A DNA stretch of 64,000 nucleotides, from positions 896,001-960,000 of the forward strand of contig CAXXDV010000003.1 of the NCBI GenBank assembly GCA_963674745.2. The letters are read 5' to 3'. Positions 57,764 to 64,000 of the stretch are shown piece after piece. Source of the stretch: Desulfosudaceae bacterium. GTDB taxonomy: Bacteria > Desulfobacterota > Desulfobacteria > Desulfobacterales > Desulfosudaceae. A program made the position numbers and the translations under genes. The first letter of the stretch is position 1; each line of letters begins with the position of its first letter. The notes beneath the pieces are model-generated. The model was not told where the DNA came from. It ran no database searches and saw nothing but the letters and a program-made list of their open reading frames with translations.

Positions 57764-58198
57764 GTGATGATGAAAAAGATTCCAAGTCACTTTAAAGGAA
57801 TTACACATCCGGTCAGAAAACGCGTCACGGTCCATGGGAAGTATAACCCCTATGAACTGGACAGTTCATTTTCACATATCATTTGTAATTGCGAAAACCG
57901 TTTTTTCAGGATCTATCTATCGGAATACCCGGAAGTTAAATGTGTCTGCTCCTCCTGCGGGCAGGAACTCATCATTTATGATGCCTCATGTTACCCGGCG
58001 GCAACGGGATATGAACCGGATAAAGGCAATTTCAACAAATGGGTTTCCGGTACAGGAAAAGAGTCTTTCCAGATCATCGCCATCTGGCTTTATCCCCAGT
58101 ACCCCGATCACCAGGATGATGTCGACTGGTTCGTCATGATAATCCACGACCCCGTCACAGATGAATATACGGAGATACTGAATTACCAGACCGGGTAA
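57764..58198 (+). CDS. Hypothetical protein with possible Zn ribbon
   Basis: ICNC...CVCSSCG; start uncertain. Confidence 0.55.
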   Translation: MMMKKIPSHFKGITHPVRKRVTVHGKYNPYELDSSFSHIICNCENRFFRIYLSEYPEVKCVCSSCGQELIIYDASCYPAATGYEPDKGNFNKWVSGTGKESFQIIAIWLYPQYPDHQDDVDWFVMIIHDPVTDEYTEILNYQTG

Positions 58199-58210
58199 AT
58201 CCAATAATCG

Positions 58211-59290
58211 TCAGTTTTTCCCGAAAACCCGTGGGCCCGTAAAACGGAAAAGGCCTGACGTTTCTTCGTTTTTGATTGTTTCTGCTTCTTCACCGAAAAA
58301 CGTCTGCCGCAGTTGATCCAGTTGGTATTCCCGGTCCGGACCGCCGGGTTCGTTGAGAATGTCGGCCCGGGCCTGCATATACGACCGGCCGTTTTCCCAA
58401 CGTTGTTCTCTTAAATCATCCAGTTCCGACCAGCGGTTTAGAGCGGCCGCATCCATCCCCATGGCGCAACGTAAGTCGGCCAGGTTTTCCTTCCTTTCTT
58501 CCGGGGCCATGTCTTGAAGGTCTGCCTGAACGCTTTTGAGAGTCAGAAATTTGTCAATCATATTCTGTTGATAGGCCTGCTTGTATGTCTCCGCCTGGTT
58601 GTCATAGATACTGTCGATGCTGACCAGGTAATAATTGACTTTTTCGTTAAACGGTATTTTCGTCTCATTGATCTGTTCCAATGATCGGGTGAGTTTTTCC
58701 CCTTTGATCTCCATTTCCCAGATCTGCTCGACATCATCTCCGAAAAACGTCTTTCGCTTGTCCCAGAGGAACGCTTTTCGTTCATTGGTTTTCATGCCCA
58801 GCAATATCATGTAATTGTTCGCCACCCACTGTTTGTAATCCATCAGTTTATGAAAGTTGTCATACAAGGCTGCTGCCCGTTCCGGAAAAGCCAGGGTGAG
58901 GTATTCATATACATGCGCCTGCCAGTTTTCCGGGTAGATTTCCTTCAGGTAGCCAATCAGTTTTTCGATGGCCTGAAGCTGGACGCCGGCGTGATCCATT
59001 CTTCCCGCGAACAGGTCGTTAAGGCGGGCAACAATGACAACCTGATTCAACTCTTCGTCGGTTTCTTCTGTCCCGGCTTCATCGGATATGTCCGCCTCCG
59101 GTGTCTCTTTACCGGATGATGGGAACGATTTTTCTGTTGTCATCATTTCCGATAACGATCCGCTCTGCTTTTCGGCAGGCATAGCCGTCTGTTCCAGGCT
59201 GGCTTCTGTTTTTGAAAAAAACCAGATAAACGAAATGACGCAAATCAAAATGGCGCTGATGATAATCCCGGTGGTTTTGTATCGTTTCAT
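58211..59290 (-). CDS. Lipase-specific foldase (Lif)-like chaperone
   Basis: N-terminal TM anchor, acidic linker, helical C-terminus AALNRWSELDDLREQRW...YMQARADI...LRQTFFGEE resembling Lif; directly downstream of a lipase. Confidence 0.65.
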   Translation of the reverse strand: MKRYKTTGIIISAILICVISFIWFFSKTEASLEQTAMPAEKQSGSLSEMMTTEKSFPSSGKETPEADISDEAGTEETDEELNQVVIVARLNDLFAGRMDHAGVQLQAIEKLIGYLKEIYPENWQAHVYEYLTLAFPERAAALYDNFHKLMDYKQWVANNYMILLGMKTNERKAFLWDKRKTFFGDDVEQIWEMEIKGEKLTRSLEQINETKIPFNEKVNYYLVSIDSIYDNQAETYKQAYQQNMIDKFLTLKSVQADLQDMAPEERKENLADLRCAMGMDAAALNRWSELDDLREQRWENGRSYMQARADILNEPGGPDREYQLDQLRQTFFGEEAETIKNEETSGLFRFTGPRVFGKN

Positions 59291-59324
59291 TTTTTATCTG
59301 TTTCCTGTCATGCGTTAGGTTTTG

Positions 59325-59367
59325 AAATACCGGGGAAGGAACGCGTTCCTTCCCCGGTATTTTTTTA
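59325..59367. terminator. Strong hairpin between lipase and foldase
   Basis: AAATACCGGGGAAGGAAC-GC-GTTCCTTCCCCGGTATTT; the long T run is on the plus strand. Confidence 0.7.
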
Positions 59368-59390
59368 TTAAGTGTATTTCTAAGTTAACT

Positions 59391-60566
59391 TTACCAGAAC
59401 CACCAGCCTCCGGAGTCAACACCTTCATTATCGGCAATGTAGTCAATCAGGTCGCCATAGAACTGGAATTCGTCAAAGATGTCGGGAATCAGATAAGGAA
59501 TAACACCCAAACCGAGAACATCCAGATGGTCCTGGTCAACGACGCTGCTGTGGGATGTGGATTGGACCTGGTTGGGCCGGTTGATGTCCGCCACGTAGCC
59601 GGTGGAATCGTCTTCATCAAAATAGGTGCCGAAGAACCAGCTTTTTTTGTATTTCAGGCGATAGCCCATCTGCTGGGAGTTGATGCCCACAAGGCCGTCG
59701 TCGTCATTATCCTCGAAATCCCCGTCACCACAACCGGCGACACCATCATTGTCTCCGTCTTCATTGCTCGGCTCGCACCAGCCGTCCCCGTCGATATCAA
59801 GGGGCGCTACCAGTCCCAGGGCCTGCAGAATCGGGTTGAGGTTTCCCTGAGTGGCGGTGATGATCGAGGCATAGTGACCCACACAGTCATCGTCAATCCC
59901 GTATTTGTTGTTGAATGCCCGGGCACCGGTCGTCAAACCGTCGTTGGGATCATAATCATCATACACAAATGATTTCATGCTGGCCTTAAAATCACTGACG
60001 TCCAGCACCAGAAAGGGACCGACAAGATAGTTGACCAGCACTTCCAGAACCGAGTTGATCATGCTGTCTCCGCCATCAAGTACACCCTTTCCCACAGGTG
60101 AACCCCGATGGGGGGCTGAAATGGATACCAGCACCTTGACGACTTGTTTCCCTTTGCGGTCATGGAGCAGTTTGGCCGCCTTTCTGGCGTCCATGCCGCC
60201 CTGGGAATGACCGACGATATTGACGCAGTCGGCCCCGACCGTGGCCATGTAGCTTTCGATCTGATCGGCCAGCTCCAGGCCCCGGTGTTCGGATGATTGA
60301 AAGGGGTTGACCGAGGCGGCAAAGGCCTGTTGCTTTTTGTCTATTTCGTTGTTGCAGGATGTTTCAAGAAATCCGTCGCAGGGATCACCGACAAATACGC
60401 CGTAATCGTTACCAAAATAATCAATTCCCACCAGCTCGTCAAACCCCAGCATGCCGTGGGCGAACACGACCGGATATTCTGTTTTATCCGCCCGGGCAAA
60501 CGCCCCGGTTGACATGCCCGCAACAACCACACTTACCAGTGCTGCCAAAAACATTTTTTTGAACAT
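59391..60566 (-). CDS. Secreted triacylglycerol lipase (family I-like alpha/beta hydrolase)
   Basis: Signal peptide, YPVVFAHGMLGF, GHSQGG, PHRGS, DDGLVG, DHLD; start at MFKKMFL. Confidence 0.9.
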   Translation of the reverse strand: MFKKMFLAALVSVVVAGMSTGAFARADKTEYPVVFAHGMLGFDELVGIDYFGNDYGVFVGDPCDGFLETSCNNEIDKKQQAFAASVNPFQSSEHRGLELADQIESYMATVGADCVNIVGHSQGGMDARKAAKLLHDRKGKQVVKVLVSISAPHRGSPVGKGVLDGGDSMINSVLEVLVNYLVGPFLVLDVSDFKASMKSFVYDDYDPNDGLTTGARAFNNKYGIDDDCVGHYASIITATQGNLNPILQALGLVAPLDIDGDGWCEPSNEDGDNDGVAGCGDGDFEDNDDDGLVGINSQQMGYRLKYKKSWFFGTYFDEDDSTGYVADINRPNQVQSTSHSSVVDQDHLDVLGLGVIPYLIPDIFDEFQFYGDLIDYIADNEGVDSGGWWFW

Positions 60567-61169
60567 TTCCCGTCTCCTTTTTAAAAAAAAATTGATTGTG
60601 AGAAAAATCCCCCTGTCTTTTAAGCCCATATTGTCCGGAAAAAAGGTGCCTGTCTGGCCAACAGGTCTTAGAATCTGCAATTGACCGTCGTTTTTTTTTA
60701 AGGGATTAAAAAAAAGTGTACCTCAAGCCGTTATGACAAAAGTTGCGCAAACGCTAAAAAACATTTGTTTTTTATTTGATAAAAAAAGAAATAAGAAGCG
60801 GTGAACCTGGTCGCTGAGTCGTCACTTTCGGACCTGACTGACATTGACCAGTGATTCTGGGTGTTTTTTTTGGGGGATTTCTTTAAACTATATTGAACAG
60901 CCCAATTAAAAACCCGATTTTTGATGAAATTTTTTGTTAACCCTATTTATCTGTTTACAAAAGCGATTTAATATGCGAATTAATTTTTACTTACCGTTAA
61001 AAAATAATCTTTAATGACAAATAGTTATGGTTATATGCCGTTCAAACGCCGCTCGGCATAATCGTGTTCTGCTGGAATCGGATATCGGATAATTTATTGA
61101 AATTAATTTTAAAAATCATTTTCAGATTAAAGCGTAAAATACCGGGCAGCAGTTGAAGAGATATGCCTC

Positions 61170-62894
61170 ATGACACAAAAGTTTGAATTTTCTGAAAATA
61201 TTAAAAACAGTTATCTCCTGGCGGCAACTGTTTTTGTCCTTTTGACACTCCTGGCCGCATTCATGTTTTTGCCCCTGTTTACCCCTGGAGAACCGGTCAA
61301 AGCCATTCCCCTTTCCGGAGAGTGGAAAATATCATTAAATGATTCAATTGATTACTCCTTTTTAGCGTATGATGATACCGGCTGGGATACGATTTCGCTG
61401 CCCGGAGAAATCGTTCCCTATGCCATTGAAAAACAAAACAAAGTCAGGGGAACCTGCTGGCTTCGAAAAACGTTTTATTTAGATGATGCCGAAGGCGACT
61501 ACGGGCTTATTCTGGGCAGAATTGCCAATGCCGATGAAACATATTTGAATGGTGAAAAAATAGGTGGTATGGGGCAGTTCCCGCCCCATGAATTTTCCAT
61601 GTGGAACTTTCCCAGAAATTACCTTCTGCCGGACAAACATTTACGAAGAGGAGCCAGGAACATTATTGCCGTCAGGGTGTCTTTCAATGTCATCGGCGAG
61701 GTGATCGGCAAACTGATGGTGACGGACGCGGATTACTTCAAGCGATACCTCCCATTTTCCCGGTTCATTCATGTTTCCATGGGATATGCCACCATGAGTA
61801 TCGCACTGGTTTTGATACTGGTTTTTTTGTTTTCCCGTCTGAAACAATTGTCGTTTAATGAAAATTTTTATTATTTTCTCCAGTTTTTTGCGGGACTTCC
61901 GGCTGTGCTGGATCTTTGCCTGACCTGGGAAATATACCCGGATCATGTCACCCGTTTGAAAGTGCTCGGTCTGTCCTGGGTGGCCATCAATCTTTTTCAT
62001 CCCGCTTTTCTGCACCGTTTCTACCGGCTGAAAAGAATCTGGCCGGAAAGAATTTTATGGGGATACTTCATTTTCTGTGTGATCATGGCAATTTTTTTTA
62101 CCCATCAGGACAATATCCGTTTCTGGGGAAGACTGCTGATCGTCGGCACCTGGTTTATCGGGTTCTACAACATGTCCTGCCATATCGAAGCGCTGTTCAG
62201 AAGAAGGGAGTATGCTAAAATTTTCAGTGTATTCGGTTTTATCGTTATCCTGGCATCCATGAATGACGGCCTGATTTATTTTAATAAGTATGTTGATTTT
62301 GATATTTCTTTTTTCGGCTGGACGCCAACGGTCATGGTGCTGCAATTCGGTGCCGTTTTTCTGTATCTGGGGACATTTTTCGTCCTGGAAAATAAATATA
62401 AGGAGATGGTGGATGAAATTGATGACCTGAACCGGAACCTTGAAAATTTTATTATCGAAAACTCCCTGCTCAATAAAACACTTGAACAGAATCAGAACAA
62501 GTCAAGGAAGACGCCTATCGGTATTACCTTGCAGGCAGAAGAGAAAATCCTGGCGGTTATTGATATCATTCGGGAGAATTTTCTATCGGAATTGTCAAGG
62601 GCGGATCTGGCCGAGTCGGTGGGGGTTCACCCCGACAGCCTGGGAAAACAATTCAAGGACTATACCGGCAAAAAACTGGGGGATTTCATTTATGAACTTC
62701 GTATCCAGGAAGCTGCACGCAGGCTTCGGGAAACCGACGACAAAATAATCGCCATTGCCTTTGATGTTGGTTTTGACAGTCTGCGGACGTTTAACCGGAT
62801 TTTTCCCAAGTTTATGAACCTCACACCAGCCCAATACAGGCAGCAAAACCGGAATGATCAGGCGGTCGTTAACGAAAAACCGGAAGTGGCATAA
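61170..62894 (+). CDS. Membrane-anchored AraC-family one-component regulator
   Basis: TM helix, periplasmic beta-sandwich (LSGEW...WDTISLP...WLRKTF...DETYLNG), about 7 TM helices, C-terminal AraC HTH (IAFDVGFDSLRTFNRIF). Confidence 0.85.
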   Translation: MTQKFEFSENIKNSYLLAATVFVLLTLLAAFMFLPLFTPGEPVKAIPLSGEWKISLNDSIDYSFLAYDDTGWDTISLPGEIVPYAIEKQNKVRGTCWLRKTFYLDDAEGDYGLILGRIANADETYLNGEKIGGMGQFPPHEFSMWNFPRNYLLPDKHLRRGARNIIAVRVSFNVIGEVIGKLMVTDADYFKRYLPFSRFIHVSMGYATMSIALVLILVFLFSRLKQLSFNENFYYFLQFFAGLPAVLDLCLTWEIYPDHVTRLKVLGLSWVAINLFHPAFLHRFYRLKRIWPERILWGYFIFCVIMAIFFTHQDNIRFWGRLLIVGTWFIGFYNMSCHIEALFRRREYAKIFSVFGFIVILASMNDGLIYFNKYVDFDISFFGWTPTVMVLQFGAVFLYLGTFFVLENKYKEMVDEIDDLNRNLENFIIENSLLNKTLEQNQNKSRKTPIGITLQAEEKILAVIDIIRENFLSELSRADLAESVGVHPDSLGKQFKDYTGKKLGDFIYELRIQEAARRLRETDDKIIAIAFDVGFDSLRTFNRIFPKFMNLTPAQYRQQNRNDQAVVNEKPEVA

Positions 62895-62977
62895 AAACCT
62901 GTTGCTTTGGCCAGGGGCGGGTTATAATAAAAAAAGCCCTTAGTAAATTGACTTGAACCGATAAAAAAGGATTTCAA

Positions 62978-63235
62978 ATGTTTGTATGGGAAGAGCTGGA
63001 ACCGAGAGTATCGTATCTTTCCGGTAAAGTGGGCAAAGCCGCTCCTCTTTACAGGGCTAAAGTACCGGGCGGCTGGATTATCTGTCTGCTGGCCGGTGTG
63101 CCTCAAGGCGGTGGTGCCGGCGGTCTGGCCTTTTTACCGGATCCGGACCATAAATGGGACGGTTCTTCTCTGGACTGGGAATCCTTTACATCGTCATCAT
63201 CGTCCGGCGACGGTAATAAAAACCTTAATGGATGA
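62978..63235 (+). CDS. Small hypothetical protein
   Basis: AAGGA RBS; RAKVPGGW...FLPDPDHKW. Confidence 0.6.
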   Translation: MFVWEELEPRVSYLSGKVGKAAPLYRAKVPGGWIICLLAGVPQGGGAGGLAFLPDPDHKWDGSSLDWESFTSSSSSGDGNKNLNG

Positions 63236-63238
63236 AGA

Positions 63239-63481
63239 TCAGGATGAGGCCGGCCTGATCGCATCGGCCAGCATTTTTTTAAGACCGGTGAGGGTGCCTT
63301 TCCAGCTGGTCTGTTCATCGATCATGATGGCCACGATAACGTCCTTTTCGGCGCTGACTTCCATTACAATTTCATTGTCCCCGATGGTAAAGACCGCTTC
63401 TCCCCAGTGTTCGGCGGGCAGGCCGGTGGCTTCACAATCGTAATCCGTGCGAACATCCGCTGTCATTCGTATCTCACTCAT
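63239..63481 (-). CDS. Small acidic hypothetical protein
   Basis: AGAGG RBS, 80-aa ORF convergent with the previous gene. Confidence 0.65.
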   Translation of the reverse strand: MSEIRMTADVRTDYDCEATGLPAEHWGEAVFTIGDNEIVMEVSAEKDVIVAIMIDEQTSWKGTLTGLKKMLADAIRPASS

Positions 63482-63627
63482 AATTAACCTCTTTTTTGTT
63501 TAAGGGCATCTCTAAAAATTGCTTTAAATCTATTACCCACGCCATTTCCGGTTTCCGCTCGGTTTCTATTTTTATGTCACAAAATACATTCCATGCCAGC
63601 CTGGACATATTCCAAAATTCTCAGTCA

Positions 63628-64000
63628 TTAATAAGGGAAAAATACAAAACCAGGAAAATCCTTGAACATCATTTGATTCTCTTCAGCATATTTCATCCGG
63701 TACGCTACCCATCTATAGTCGACAGGGAAAGCAATAAACGCCATGTCTTGGGGCAGACATTCCTGATAATGATTATTGGAGACCCTGAAGCCGGCCTTAT
63801 TCCAATCGAAAATGCCCACTAAACAATGATAAGTTTTCGCCTCTGCCATCTGACTGGACAAAGGGTTGAATGGAAAATAAACTTTGCCCGGATATTTTTT
63901 CGCCAATAAATAGGCCTGGCTATGAATATCATGACGGAGCGCTGTCGCAAGATCAAATGAATTCCTTATGGATGTCGCTTGCAGGAAAACCAGGCCAACC
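63628..64000 (-). CDS. 3' end of a gene starting beyond the window (hypothetical, AT-rich)
   Basis: The frame of ORF 63628-63906 stays open to the window edge (VGLVFLQATSIRNSFDLATALRHDIHSQAYLLAKKYPG...). Confidence 0.6.
   Translation of the reverse strand, partial: VGLVFLQATSIRNSFDLATALRHDIHSQAYLLAKKYPGKVYFPFNPLSSQMAEAKTYHCLVGIFDWNKAGFRVSNNHYQECLPQDMAFIAFPVDYRWVAYRMKYAEENQMMFKDFPGFVFFPY

Overview
64 kb of bacterial chromosome. Gene content and repeat types suggest a sulfate-reducing Desulfobacterales-like organism (inference). The housekeeping backbone comprises the ilvD-ilvB-ilvN-ilvC-cimA-leuA cluster, lnt-prfB, a thiE-thiL fusion with miaA, pfkA/kdsD/PTS-IIA, yicC-remA-gmk and sdhCAB. Signals not visible in the ORF track are an Ile/Leu/Val leader-peptide attenuator, a c-di-GMP-I riboswitch ahead of a 1247-aa surface protein, a UGA+SECIS selenoprotein, the prfB +1 frameshift and a Trm112 small protein. 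Mobile and repeat content includes an intact IS1182 inserted in a hairpin, a RAYT transposase with its REP family, two toxin-antitoxin pairs (one bounded by 53-bp direct repeats), GTAG REPs, and inverted arrays of GTGNTTAN octamers. The best candidate for an undescribed system is the 41.7-56.2 kb lipid-catabolic cluster. It encodes a MaoC-SDR-SCP2 fusion (permuted MFE-2-like), a four-domain pseudo-HMG-CoA-synthase/DUF35/SDR/SCP2 fusion, an SCPx-type thiolase, two acyl-CoA dehydrogenases and an AMACR-like CoA-transferase III overlapping sdhC. A lipase-foldase pair and a membrane-anchored AraC sensor lie nearby. No rRNA, tRNA or CRISPR array was seen. All family calls come from motif recognition, not database searches.
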